Shown piece by piece: positions 1-11,843 of a stretch of DNA of 64,000 nucleotides. This stretch comes from an uncultured Actinomycetota bacterium (lineage in GTDB: Bacteria; Actinomycetota; UBA4738): the NCBI GenBank assembly GCA_963770955.1, contig CAVYRK010000001.1, positions 4,035 through 68,034 of the forward strand. The letters are read 5' to 3'. Position 1 is the first letter of the stretch. Every line of letters starts with the position of its first letter. The notes under the pieces were generated by a model that was not told the DNA's origin, did no database searches, and was given only the letters and a program-made list of their open reading frames with translations. Both the position numbers and the translations under genes were made by a program.

Positions 1-423
1 CTGGCCGCACCTCGACCGCGATCACCGACCCCGCCGTCCTCGACGCCGAGCTCGCCCGCATCCGCACCGACTACAACACCCGGCGCTTGCACGCCTCGAT
101 CGGCTACGTCACCCCCGATGACGAGCATCACGGCCGCGGCCCTGGCATCCGTCGCGCCCGCGCCGCGGGGATGCGTCGCGCTCGTGCCGAGCGGATCAAG
201 CAGAATCGAGCCAGCAAGACATGACCACGCTCCCGGACACCAACCACCCCCGGCTCCTTCTGGGGAAGAGGGGCGCTTTTGAGGGGGTCGCCCGCTGGCC
301 ATGGATCGCCAGCGGAATGGGCACGGACGACGCCCGCACCCCAACCACCAACCCGCCCCGCCACAACCCTCAGCGTGTGGTTGAAAAAGTCGGCCGCTCT
401 ATCACGAACTCAGAAACACCGCA
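1..423 (+). mobile_element. Right end of an insertion sequence (IS3/IS481-like), truncated by the window edge
   Basis: Transposase C-terminus at 21-224, then a non-coding tail ending ...AACTCAGAAACACCGCA near 423 (IS3-type CA-3' end). The end position is inferred; the left end is not visible. Confidence 0.6.
21..224 (+). CDS. Transposase integrase-core C-terminus (5' partial)
   Basis: Translates ITDPAVLDAELARIRTDYNTRRLHASIGYVTPDDEH..., matching the YNxxRxHxxIGYxTP motif of DDE integrase-core transposases. TGA at 222-224. Confidence 0.8.
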   Translation: MTDPAVLDAELARIRTDYNTRRLHASIGYVTPDDEHHGRGPGIRRARAAGMRRARAERIKQNRASKT

Positions 424-581
424 CCGCGGGATCGGATCCATTTACGCGCAACCGACCCGTATCCTGAATGTACGACCAGGGCTTGTGAAGGTTCAGACGA
501 CCGTCCCGGGGCCAGATCGAAGAGCACAAGCGATGGACGGACAACGCCTCGCTGGCCTGTCCGGACACTGGAGCAGAGCAG

Positions 582-998
582 ATGCAACAGCCAACTGCCG
601 GCAGCAAGCCGGTCCCGCTCGCCGGCGGGCAGCTACTGACGGCGATCTCAACCGGCATCGTCGCGCTGCTGCGCGAGCACTACGGCCGCGGGCCGATGAA
701 GGCCAAGACCTACGTGATCGACGACATCATCGTCGTCGTCATGCGCGGCAGCGGCTTCACCGCCCTTGAGAAGACGATCATGGACAGCGGCCACCCCGAC
801 CGGGTCGTCGCGATGCGCCACGACTTCCAAACCGTCATGACCAAGCACTTCACCGACACGATCGAGACCCTCACCGGCCGCAACGTCGTCGCGTTCCTCT
901 CACAAGCCCACGTCGACCCCGACCTCACGATCGAGATCTTCTTCGTCGACGGACCCCTAGAAGGATTCGGCGCGATCGAGATCACCGCACCCGAATAG
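582..998 (+). CDS. DUF2294 / MpsC-like protein
   Basis: ISTGIVALLREHYGRGPMKAKTY...FTALEKT...IETLTGRNVVAFLSQAHVDPDLTIEIF is typical of the family. Confidence 0.8.
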   Translation: MQQPTAGSKPVPLAGGQLLTAISTGIVALLREHYGRGPMKAKTYVIDDIIVVVMRGSGFTALEKTIMDSGHPDRVVAMRHDFQTVMTKHFTDTIETLTGRNVVAFLSQAHVDPDLTIEIFFVDGPLEGFGAIEITAPE

Positions 999-1219
999 AG
1001 AGTCCGACCGCGGGCGCTGTACGCAGCCCTGCCACTGACAACAGCCGGGTAGCAGGAGGCAACGAGGACACGTTCGCGATGAGGAACGGCCGCCGCGGCT
1101 CGCTGTGCGGTGGGTAGTTGACCGCACGTGTGATGCGGACTGCAGCGGTGGCGCTCGACCCGCCTCGCGTGCTTGGCTGTGTTGACGTGCGAGAGGCGCG
1201 ATGGAGGGAGAGGTGCGAT

Positions 1220-1849
1220 GTGAGTGAGGTGCTGTATTTCCATCACGGCTCCTCCCGCGAGCATGACCCCCGGGTGTTCCTGCCCGAGCATCCCGATACT
1301 CCTGAGCGGATTGACGCGATCGAGTCGGCGCTGGAGGGGGCTGGCTGGGCGGGCTGCTCGCGGGTACAGGCGCCGGCAGCGACGTTCGCCGAGCTCGAGC
1401 TGGTGCACGCGCCGATGCTGGTTCGACACATCCGTCGGATGTCGCGCAGCGGCGGCGGTCAGATCGACGAGGACACGTTCGTCGGAGAGGCGTCCTACAC
1501 GGCGGCGTTGCACGCCGCTGGCGGCGCGTGCGCGATGGTACGCGCGCTCGTCCGCGGCGATGCGCAGGCGGCGTTCTGCGGGCTGCGACCCTCCGGTCAC
1601 CATGCCGGGCGCGAACAGGCGATGGGGTTCTGTCTGTTCAACAACATCGCGATCGCTGCCGAGCTCGCGATCCGCGAACTAGGGCTGGAGCGGGTGTTCA
1701 TCCTCGATTGGGATGTGCATCACGGCAACGGGACCGCCGAGTTCTTCCGCCGGCGCTCCGACGTGCTGTTCGCGAGCATCCACCAAGCCGGCGCCTACCC
1801 CGGCACCGGCGCCGTCTCGGACATCGGGGCGGGCGAGGGTCGTGGCTAC
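1220..1849 (+). pseudogene. Histone deacetylase-family protein, C-terminally truncated at an in-frame junction
   Basis: HPDTPER, RPSGHHA, GFCLFNN, DWDVHHGNGT and GAGEGRGY motifs are present. The downstream SAGFD and LEGGY motifs are missing because the sequence switches to a thioesterase. Confidence 0.75.
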
Positions 1850-2666
1850 ATCGCGTTCGTCGCGGACGCCGCCCTGGCCGGCGCCATCTACGCGGCGCAA
1901 CCGACGAGCACGATGCTCCTTTCCAGCGATCTGTCGATCAATTTCCTCGAGCCGGCCGGACCCCGGAGCGAGCGGCTCGTCGCGAAGGGAACCCTGATCG
2001 ATGTCGGCCGGCGCCAGGGGCTGTCGGAGGCCCGGGTGGAGGACGCGCGAGGAACGCTCCTGGCCCACGCGACGTCCCGCTGTGTCCTGCGTCCGCTGCC
2101 GTTCGATCCGCCCCTACGGCCGGAAGTCTGGCCCGACCCCGGCCCGCCCGCGTTCGAGACGCCCGACCCCCACCTTCGGCCGGTGGAGGGAGAGATCGTG
2201 CCGGAGTCGGTGTGGAAGGAGGCGAGCGGCCTGGACGTGGTCCAGCTGTGGCAGAAGGGCGATCGCGCCAACGTCGCCCAGCTGCGCGCTGCTGGGCCTT
2301 CGATTCGAGGACGTGTCGGAAGGGACCGTGACGATCACCGCGCCGGCCTCGCTCTGGTTCTGCACCGGCTTCGGGACGTTCTACGGGGGCGTCCTCGCGG
2401 CCCTCGCGGACGCGGGGATCAACGCGGCCTTGACCACGACCTTGCAGCCGGGCACGTCGTTCGCCACGCTCGATCTGAAGGTGAACTTCCTGCGCCCCGT
2501 GACGCCCGACGGCCGCGACCTCATCATCCGCGCGACCGTGGAGCAGCGAGGCCGGACGCTCGCGGTCTCGACCGCCCGGATCGACGACGCCGACGGGAAA
2601 CGCGTCGCGATGGCGTCGGGAAGCGCGATGTTCTCGGGGCGCCCGTGGGCCCCATCGGCCGGTTGA
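1850..2666 (+). CDS. Tandem PaaI/hotdog-fold thioesterase (N-terminus missing, frameshift near 2265)
   Basis: Two hotdog units: IAFVADAALAGA...DLSINFLEP...LLAHATSRC and FYGGVLAALADA...TLDLKVNFLRP...RGRTLAV. Confidence 0.75.
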
Positions 2667-2682
2667 GCGCGGCCGGGTCGCG

Positions 2683-3435
2683 TTACCGCGTGTACGTGCC
2701 CTCGGGGTCGAGCTCCTCCCGGATGAGCCGGAGCTCCTGGTCGCTGGGGGGCTCGGTCTCCCGAACGTCGTCGGCCACCTTGAGGTCCCATCCGGTGCTC
2801 TCCCGGACCTGCTCCAGCGTCACCCCGGGGTGCAGGCTCTCCAGCGTCATCTCGCCGGTGTCGTCGAACCCGTAGACGCCCAGCCCGGTGACGACGACGG
2901 TCGGCCCCCGGCCCTGCCATTCCTTCGGCCGCTCGCCGGCCAGGTGCCCGGGGCTGGTCACGAAGTCGATCGTGTCGACGAACGAGCGCTTCGTCTGCGG
3001 CATGATGATGAAGATCTTCTTGGCGTTGATCGCGATCTCGCACGCCCCGCCCGAGCCGGGGAGTCGCACCTTCGGCTTCCGGTAGTCGCCGATCGTCGTG
3101 GTGTTCAGGTTGCCGAAGCGGTCGATCTGCGCCCCGCCCAGGAACCCGACGTCCACGTGGCCGCGTTCCAGGAAGTACGCGAACAGCTCGTACATGTTCG
3201 TCACCTGCAGCGAGCCGCTCACCAGCGTCGGGTCGCCAATGGACAGCGGCAGCCGCGCGGGTTCCGCCCCGAACACGCCTGCCTCGTACAGCAACTCGAG
3301 GTCGGGCGCGACGGTGCGCTTCGCCAGGTTGCACGCGATGTTGGGCGGTCCGACGCCCACGAAGCACACGCGCTCGCCGGCCAGTTGGCGCGCCGACGCC
3401 ACGATCATCATCTCGGCCGAGGTGGGCTCGCTCAT
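2683..3435 (-). CDS. Family I CoA-transferase beta subunit (GctB/PcaJ-like)
   Basis: CFVGVGPP, LLYEAG, GFLGGAQIDRFGNLNTT and RLPGSGGA motifs; ATG at 3435 overlaps the alpha-subunit stop. Confidence 0.9.
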   Translation of the reverse strand: MSEPTSAEMMIVASARQLAGERVCFVGVGPPNIACNLAKRTVAPDLELLYEAGVFGAEPARLPLSIGDPTLVSGSLQVTNMYELFAYFLERGHVDVGFLGGAQIDRFGNLNTTTIGDYRKPKVRLPGSGGACEIAINAKKIFIIMPQTKRSFVDTIDFVTSPGHLAGERPKEWQGRGPTVVVTGLGVYGFDDTGEMTLESLHPGVTLEQVRESTGWDLKVADDVRETEPPSDQELRLIREELDPEGTYTR

Positions 3436-4355
3436 CCGTACTTCCCGTAGTTGACCGGCTCGCTCCACGCGTCGCCGGGTTCCAGCGCCGTCCAGCGCTC
3501 GGCGCCGAGCTTCTCCACGTACTCCGCGTGCGACTCGGTGCCGTGCACCCATTCCTTCAGCCATGCGTCCAGGCTGTCCGCGTCGCGCGAGATCGCGTCC
3601 CAGTCGATGTAGAAGCGGTTGTCGCGGTCGTAGTAGCCCTGCGCGAACGACGGGTGGCAGCCTTTCGGCTCGTGGACGACCGCGTCGACGATCAGGCCCG
3701 GGATCACCGTGCGGTTGGGGTCGCTGCGGATCACGGACTCGTCCACCAGCTCCTCGCACACGACGATCACCCGCTCGGCCGCGAACGCCGCCTCCTTCTG
3801 ACATCCGAGCAGCCCCCATATCTGCGCGTCGCCCTTCGCGTCCGAGCGTTGCGCGTGCACGATCGAGATGTCGGGGTGCAGCGGCGGCACCGCGTACACG
3901 GTCTCGTCGCCGTACGGGCTCTCGATCGGCACGATGCGCGGGTTCGCCTTCGGCAGGTCGCTCTCGTAGTAGGAGCGGATGGGGAAGAAGGGAAGATTCG
4001 ACGCGCCGGCCACGTAGCGGCAGACCATGCCGAAGTGGCTGTACTCCTCGATCTCGAGGGGCGCCGGATCGTCGTTCTCGACGCGCCGGCGCACGGCGTG
4101 CAGCGATCCAACGCCCGGATTGCCGAGCCACGAGAACACCAGCTTCTTCGCGACGCCGGCGCCGATCATCTGGTCGTAGATCACGTCGGGGGTGAGCCGG
4201 CAGAGCGTCAGGTCGCGCCGGCCCTGCCGGATGATCTCGTGCCCGGCGGCGAAGCAGATCAGGTGCGTGAACCCCTCGATCGCGACCGTATCCCCGTCGC
4301 GCACCAGCTCGCGCACGGCGTCGCGCATGGTCGTGACCTTGCCGGCGTCGGTCAC
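3432..4355 (-). CDS. Family I CoA-transferase alpha subunit (GctA/PcaI-like)
   Basis: IEGFTHLICFAAGHEIIRQ, EEYSH, HPSFAQGYYDRDN motifs. Confidence 0.9.
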   Translation of the reverse strand: MTDAGKVTTMRDAVRELVRDGDTVAIEGFTHLICFAAGHEIIRQGRRDLTLCRLTPDVIYDQMIGAGVAKKLVFSWLGNPGVGSLHAVRRRVENDDPAPLEIEEYSHFGMVCRYVAGASNLPFFPIRSYYESDLPKANPRIVPIESPYGDETVYAVPPLHPDISIVHAQRSDAKGDAQIWGLLGCQKEAAFAAERVIVVCEELVDESVIRSDPNRTVIPGLIVDAVVHEPKGCHPSFAQGYYDRDNRFYIDWDAISRDADSLDAWLKEWVHGTESHAEYVEKLGAERWTALEPGDAWSEPVNYGKYG

Positions 4356-4398
4356 GAGTCCGTCCCGCCGGGTTCGACGCAGACCCTCGCGAACGGCG

Positions 4399-4770
4399 TC
4401 ATGAAGCGCGCTCGGAGTCGCTGCGGAGCACGCAGAACTCGTTGCCCTCGGGGTCCTCCATGATCGTCCAGTACGAGTCGTTCTCCTCGACCAATCGCCG
4501 AAGAGCGGCCCCGGCGGCCGACAGCCGCTCCACCTCCTCCTGCATGGTGGACGGCGGGACCAGGTCGATGTGCAGCCGGTTCTTGCCGGATTTCGGCTCG
4601 GGCACGATCAGGAAGAGGATGTCGCGATCGGTTCCGGATGGATCACGGATGGCAACGCCGGTCTCGTCGGCGTCGTATTCCTCGAAGCCGAGGGCCGCGC
4701 ACCAGAAGTCCGCGAGGAGCTTCGCGTCGTGACAGTCGACGACGAGGTCCCCGATGCGGGAGGCGGCCAC
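4399..4770 (-). CDS. VOC / glyoxalase-like protein
   Basis: VVDCHDAKLLADFW...VPEPKSGKNRLHIDL...MEDPEGNEFCV. Confidence 0.88.
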   Translation of the reverse strand: MAASRIGDLVVDCHDAKLLADFWCAALGFEEYDADETGVAIRDPSGTDRDILFLIVPEPKSGKNRLHIDLVPPSTMQEEVERLSAAGAALRRLVEENDSYWTIMEDPEGNEFCVLRSDSERAS

Positions 4771-4775
4771 CGGCG

Positions 4776-6114
<1,339 letters not shown>

Positions 6115-6119
6115 CCGCC

Positions 6120-7692
6120 TCAGTCCTTGATGACGCTCTGCGCCTGCTCGTGCAGGTACTGCTGCACGTAGTGCAGGCCGCCGCCGCCGCGCCCCGTGGT
6201 GCCCGAGCCCTTCCAGCCGCCGAACGGCTGGACGCCCGGCCACGCGCCCGTGGTCGCCCCGGCTCGGCGGTTCACGTAGACCACGCCCGCCTGGATGCGC
6301 GAGAGGAACTGGTCGACCTCCGCGTCGTCCTCGGAGTAGAACCCGGCGGTCAGGCCGTACTCCGTGTCGTTCGCGAGCGTCAGCGCCTCGTCGAGCGAAT
6401 CGATCGGGGTCACCGCGACGAACGGGACGAACAGCTCCTCTTTCCACACGCGGTTGTCCAGGGGCGCCTCGACGATCGTCGGCTGCACGAAGTTGCCGCG
6501 GGCCAGGTCGCCCTCGCTGATGCGCTCGCCGCCCAGGAGGACCGTGCCGCCGCCGGCCTTCACGTCTGCCACCGCCTGCTCGAACGTCTCGACGGCGCGT
6601 CCGTCGATGACCGGTCCCGTGAAGACGTCGCGGTCGAGCGGGTTGCCGACCTTCAGCTTGGACGCCTTCTCCACGAGCAGCTTCGCGAAGTCGTCGTACA
6701 CGGCGCGCTGCGACGTACGCGCGGCAGCAGGCCGAGCACTTCTGCCCGCTGAACCCGAACGCCGACCGCATGACGCCGTCGGTGGCGACGTCGAGGTCGG
6801 CCTTCGCCGAGACGATGGCCGGGTTCTTGCCGCCCATCTCGCAGATGGCCGGCTTCGGGTAGTCCTTGGCGAACGACCGGTAGATCTGCATCCCGACCGG
6901 GTACGAGCCGGTGAAGGTCATGCCGTCCACGTCCCTGCTCTCCACGAGCGCCGCGCCGACCGTGCTTCCGGGGCCCGTCAACACGTGGAACGCGCCGTTC
7001 GGGACGCCCGCGTCGCGCAGGCACTCGTACAGCTTGAGCGCCGTGAAGAAGCCCTGGTGCGACGGCTTCAGCACGACGGTGTTGCCGGCGACGAGCGCGC
7101 CGCCGGCAGGACCGCCGGCCAGCGCCATCGGGAAGTTGAACGGGCTGATGACCGCCCACACGCCGTAGGGGCGCAGGACGCTGCGGTTGTGCTCGTTCGG
7201 GTTCAGCTTGTCCATCACGTAGTCGAACCCGTGGTTGTCCTCCATCTGCTTGATGTAGTAGCGGATGAGGTCGGCCGTCTCCTCGGTGTCGCCCAGGGCC
7301 TCGAGGCGGCTCTTCCCGACCTCCATGGCCATCAGGGCCGAGATCTCGTTGCTGCGCTCGCTGATCATGTCGGCGGCGCGCGTCATGATCGCGTTCCGTT
7401 CCTTCCAGGAGGTCGCGGCCCACTCGGGCGCGAACGCCTTCGCGGCTGCGATGGCGTCCTCGGCGTCCTGCCGCGTGGCCCGGCCGAAGTGACCGATCAC
7501 GACGTCGTTGTCGATCGGCGAACGCTCCTCGTCGGTCGCGTCGCCCCAGCGCTCCTCGCCGTTCACGTAGAACGGGTGCTTCTGCCCGAGCCACGACTTC
7601 GCCGTCTCGACGCCGTGCTCGTACGCCTCGTGCAGCTCCTCGTTGTCGGCGGTCAGGGTCGCGTAGGTGACCCGGAATCCTGTCTTGGCCAT
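6120..7692 (-). CDS. NAD-dependent aldehyde dehydrogenase (P5C-dehydrogenase/RocA-like), frameshift near 6720
   Basis: ISPFNFP, FTGS, EMGGKN, GQKCSAC, EELFVP, YGLTAG, QPFGGWKGSG. Confidence 0.9.
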
Positions 7693-7800
7693 TGCTTCAC
7701 CCTCCGTGATTCGTGGCGCGTGGCGGCAGCCGGCCGGACCGGCCGCGAGAAGATCATCCTAGCCCCGGTGCCTCGCGAGCGGCACCCCGCTGACCGCAGG

Positions 7801-9126
7801 TCAGAGCGCCCGGGGCGGCGTTTCGGGCCGCGCGTCCAACGGGACGGGGCGGTCCAGCAGCCGGTCGCGCGGGACGCGTTCCAGCCACGACCCCGCGAGG
7901 AGCGAGGTGACGACGGCGAGCATGACGAGGATGGCGTAGAAGGGCTCGTTCACGACCCCCGCGGACAAGGCGACGGAGGCGAGGACGATGCCCGGTCCGC
8001 CGCGCGCGTTCATGGCAACGGCGAGGTTGCGGGACGCAAGAGGGCTCTCCCTGCCGAGACGCGCGCCCAGGTACACCGACGCGCCCTTCGCCGTGCACGC
8101 GAACGCCAGGAAGCCGAGGAAGAACCAGACGCTGAACCCGTGCAGCAGGTCGAGCTGCAGGCCGACGGCCGCGAAGTAGATGGGGATGAAGAAGGCGAAC
8201 GAGAAGCCCCGGATCGCGGCGAGTGCCTCCGGGGTCTCCCTCGAGCTCCCGACCGCGACGCCCGCCAGGAAGGCGCCGAAGAACGCCTCCACCCCCAGCG
8301 CGATGCACGCGACGGTCGCGAGCAGCATGAACACGAGCTGGTGCGCGATGGCGCCCCGGCGGTGCAGCACGTTGAATCGCGACGCCGTGGCGCGGGAGTA
8401 CAGGCGACGCACGGGGACCAGGAAGAGCCAGAGCGTCGCCACGGTCACGATGACGTGATACGCGATGTCGGCGACCGACCCCGGCCGGAGCCCCATGGCG
8501 GCCGGCACGCCGAACGCGTTGCCGGCCCCGGCGGCGATGCCGAGCGCGACGGCCAGGACCACGTACAGCGCGACGTCCTCGATGACGGCCACGCCGAGCA
8601 CGATGCGCGCGAACGCCGTGTTCAGGATGCCGAGGTCGTACATGATCCGCGTGATCACGGGGATGCTGGTGATGGCGATCGCGGTGGCGAAGACCAGCAC
8701 GAAGGAGAGCGACGTCGCGGAAGGGCCCCAGAAGTCCCGCTCGTGGATCAGCGCCAGGAAGCCCAGCCCGGCCAGGAACGGCAGGACCATGCCGGTGACC
8801 GTGATCCAGGCGACCGGGCGGGCCTCGTCGCGGCTGAACGCCGACCGGATCTCGGCGCCGGCACAGAACAGCAGCAGGAGCAGCCCGAGCTGTGCGACGG
8901 CGCTCAGGATGACCGGCGTGGCGCCGTCGGACGGGAAGAGCCAGGCGGCCACGTCGGGGGCCAGCGCGCCGAGCACGGTGGGTCCGAGCAGGATCCCGCC
9001 GACGATCTCGCCGATGACGCGCGGCTGCCGCATGGACGCGAACAGTCCGCCCACGAGGTGCGCGGCGACCAGTAGCGCGGCGAGCGCGAGCAGGATGTGC
9101 GCGATGTCGGTCGTCGAGAGCTTCAT
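7801..9126 (-). CDS. Cation/H+ antiporter (CPA2, KefB-like)
   Basis: About 12 hydrophobic segments; QPRVIGEIVGGILLGP, ITSIPV, FFGAFLAG, FFIPIYF, MNARGG. Confidence 0.88.
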   Translation of the reverse strand: MKLSTTDIAHILLALAALLVAAHLVGGLFASMRQPRVIGEIVGGILLGPTVLGALAPDVAAWLFPSDGATPVILSAVAQLGLLLLLFCAGAEIRSAFSRDEARPVAWITVTGMVLPFLAGLGFLALIHERDFWGPSATSLSFVLVFATAIAITSIPVITRIMYDLGILNTAFARIVLGVAVIEDVALYVVLAVALGIAAGAGNAFGVPAAMGLRPGSVADIAYHVIVTVATLWLFLVPVRRLYSRATASRFNVLHRRGAIAHQLVFMLLATVACIALGVEAFFGAFLAGVAVGSSRETPEALAAIRGFSFAFFIPIYFAAVGLQLDLLHGFSVWFFLGFLAFACTAKGASVYLGARLGRESPLASRNLAVAMNARGGPGIVLASVALSAGVVNEPFYAILVMLAVVTSLLAGSWLERVPRDRLLDRPVPLDARPETPPRAL

Positions 9127-9216
9127 CGGCGGGTCGATCAGCCTACGTTTGCCCAGGTCGGGGGAACAATAGGGCGGAAGGCTGCGGCCGCCCGGCTGGA
9201 GGACCTAGTCGGTCCG

Positions 9217-9708
9217 TCAGGCGGTCAGGAGCTTCTCGCGTTCCCGGATCCGGTGGGCGACCTCGTCGAGGATCTTCACGCCGACCTTCGGCTCGATCTT
9301 CAGCATCTGGTTGAAGGTCGCCCGGCCGAGGCGCATCGCGAGGACGATGGTCCGCGCCTCGACCGTCGCGGTGCGGGGACCGCCGTCCAGCAGGGCGATC
9401 TCGCCGAAGAAGTCCCCGGGTCCCAGCCGGGCGATCCGGCGCACGCCTCGGAGCACGTCCGCCTCCCCGTCGATGATGACGAAGAAGGTGTCGCCCGGCT
9501 TCCCCTCCAGCACGATGGTCGTGCCCGGACGGTAGCGGGCGTCGGTGGCCGCCTCCGCCAGTTGCTTGACGTGGCGACGCGAGAGTCCCGAGAACAGCGG
9601 AACGCGCGAGAGGAGATCGGCCCGCTGGGCGGTCGTGGAGCCCCGGCGTCCCTGGCGGCGCGGCGGCACGCCGGACACGGCATCGATGAACGCGGTCTGC
9701 CTGGTCAC
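9217..9708 (-). CDS. Stand-alone cyclic-nucleotide-binding protein
   Basis: LSRVPLFSGL...EGKPGDTFFVI...GDFFGEIALLDGGPRTATV phosphate-binding cassette; no HTH. Confidence 0.88.
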   Translation of the reverse strand: MTRQTAFIDAVSGVPPRRQGRRGSTTAQRADLLSRVPLFSGLSRRHVKQLAEAATDARYRPGTTIVLEGKPGDTFFVIIDGEADVLRGVRRIARLGPGDFFGEIALLDGGPRTATVEARTIVLAMRLGRATFNQMLKIEPKVGVKILDEVAHRIREREKLLTA

Positions 9709-11762
9709 TGTGACCTCCCCCGGGTGGTTTCCGCGGAGCTTACCTTGCCGGGGCGCCGCCGCGATAGCCGCCCTTCTTGCCCGCCAGCACCTTTGGCTCC
9801 GGAGCTCTTCAGGTTCCGCGTGAACCAGTCCACGATGCGCTCCAGGCGGTCGATCCGGCGATCGGGGCGCCCGATGATGAACATCACGTGTGATTCGTCA
9901 GGGTACCTGACCATCTCGACCGGCCGGCCGAGCCGCCGGAGGATCGCGAACGGCAGCTCGCTCTGCGTCGGCGGACACCGCAGGTCGCTCTCCGCCTGCA
10001 GCAGCAGGAGCGGCGACTCGTTGCGGTGGATCTCCATGTACGGAGACCCTTGGAGGAACGCCCGGTGGCGCTCCCATGGATTGGCCTCGGCGACCGCCTC
10101 CGTGCCGATCATGACGCCGATGTCGGCGCCGCCGTACTCGCTGATGAGGTCGGTGACGGGGTTCTCGCTCACCGCGGCCGCGAACACGCCCGGGTGGTGG
10201 CCCAGCATCCAGTTCGTCATGTACCCGCCGTACGAGAGGCCCATGATCCCGACCCTACGGCGGTCGGCCATGCCACGCTTCACCGCCCAGTCGACGACCT
10301 GCAGCAGGTCGTCGGCGTCCGGGCCGCCCCACACGCCGTCCAGGGACCGCGCGAACTTCTCGCCGTAGCTGGTCGAGCCGCGCGGGTTGCACCACAGGAC
10401 CCGGAACCCGGCGTCGGAGAGGGCGAGCATCTCCAGCCAGGGGACCGGAGGGAACGACGCGTTCGGGCCGCCGTGGACGACGAGCACGGCCGGGCCGGGG
10501 CGCCGGGCGCCCCGGCCCGGCAGCGTCCACGTATCGATGTCGTGTCCGTCGGGGTGTGCGATCTGGACGCGTTCGGGCGCCCGGCGGAACGGGCCGAACC
10601 AGCGGCTGCCCTCGCGGGTCAGCGGCCGGAGCGCGCCGTCCTCCACCGCGAAGACCTCGGCAGGACCGCCGACGGAGGCGACCGCCGCGAGCCGTCCACC
10701 GCCGGCCGCGACGGCGGTGACGACGACGTCGTCCCCGGTCGTCAGCCGCTCCGACGACCCGTCGAGTCCGAACGAATGGAGATGGGTGCCACCGCGCTGC
10801 GAGACGGGGGCCACCATCGTTCGTTCGTCCAGCCACAGCGGAAGCTCGTGGGCGAACGCCTCCGCGTCGAGCAGGTCGCCGTAGCTCGTGCACGTGATCC
10901 ACGCGTCGAGGTCGCCCCCGAGCTGCCGGACGTCGTCGCCGTCGGCGACGAACAGGTCGGTCGTCGACGACCACGATCCGAATCGGGGGTTGCCGATGAA
11001 GGCGAGGACGCCCGACGAGCCCCAGGATGCCGCGACGACCGCTCCCTCCAGCGAGGCCTCCTCGGTCCGGGACCCGCCGCGCGCGGGGATGGACCACACC
11101 CCCGGCGTCTCCAATATGACGCCGGGCTCGACGTCCGCGACGAAGCCGATGCGCGTGCCGGTGGGGTGCCACAACGCCTGGGCGACGTCGTACGTCGGCG
11201 GGGTCCGGCGGACCGGACGCCCGCCGGACGCCGGCACCGTCCACAGGCTCGTGAACTGGTCGCGGTAGCCCGTTCCGTCGTACCGCCACGTGTAGTCGGA
11301 GATGCGCCGCGCGATGGGGTCATCGGCCGTTCCCACGACGAACCGCTGTTCGCCGCTCGGCGCCAGCAGGGCGACCGCCCGGCCGTCGGGCGACCAGTCG
11401 GCCGCGCCCACGTCGCCGGGGACGTCGGCGAGCAGGCGCGGCTCGCCGCCGGAGAGCGGCAGCACCCACGGCTGCGAGCGCCCCGACCGATCGGACAGGA
11501 ACAGGAGCGAGGACCCGTCGGGGGCGAAGCGCGGGCGCGAGGCCCCGGCGCCGGGGGCGGTGATGCGTTCCGGCCGGCCGCCCTTGAACGTCGTGCGCCA
11601 CAACGACTTGCGATAGGCGCCGTCCACGATGTCGCGGCGCGAGTAGACGACCGACGAGCCGTCGGGCGCGACGGCCACCTCCTGCATCATCACCTGCGTG
11701 CGGATGTCGCGCGGACGGAAGGGCCGCTCGGATCGGGCTGGGTCTCGGCGGGCGGGTGTCAT
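9705..11762 (-). CDS. S9 family peptidase (acylaminoacyl/dipeptidyl peptidase)
   Basis: N-terminal propeller repeats; HGGP, NPRGS, GLSYGG (Ser), DLRCP (Asp), ESH (His). Confidence 0.9.
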   Translation of the reverse strand: MTPARRDPARSERPFRPRDIRTQVMMQEVAVAPDGSSVVYSRRDIVDGAYRKSLWRTTFKGGRPERITAPGAGASRPRFAPDGSSLLFLSDRSGRSQPWVLPLSGGEPRLLADVPGDVGAADWSPDGRAVALLAPSGEQRFVVGTADDPIARRISDYTWRYDGTGYRDQFTSLWTVPASGGRPVRRTPPTYDVAQALWHPTGTRIGFVADVEPGVILETPGVWSIPARGGSRTEEASLEGAVVAASWGSSGVLAFIGNPRFGSWSSTTDLFVADGDDVRQLGGDLDAWITCTSYGDLLDAEAFAHELPLWLDERTMVAPVSQRGGTHLHSFGLDGSSERLTTGDDVVVTAVAAGGGRLAAVASVGGPAEVFAVEDGALRPLTREGSRWFGPFRRAPERVQIAHPDGHDIDTWTLPGRGARRPGPAVLVVHGGPNASFPPVPWLEMLALSDAGFRVLWCNPRGSTSYGEKFARSLDGVWGGPDADDLLQVVDWAVKRGMADRRRVGIMGLSYGGYMTNWMLGHHPGVFAAAVSENPVTDLISEYGGADIGVMIGTEAVAEANPWERHRAFLQGSPYMEIHRNESPLLLLQAESDLRCPPTQSELPFAILRRLGRPVEMVRYPDESHVMFIIGRPDRRIDRLERIVDWFTRNLKSSGAKGAGGQEGRLSRRRPGKVSSAETTRGRSQ

Positions 11763-11843
11763 CTCGTCATGCCTTCCTGGGGGGAGCGGGTATCTCACCA
11801 CAGGGCGGCCGGCCCAGTCCACGGCCTGGACTATCCTTCGCGC

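Noticed and set aside
221-769. 182-aa ORF overlapping the transposase stop
   Set aside because: It crosses the presumed IS end and overlaps DUF2294 out of frame, with no recognisable motifs.
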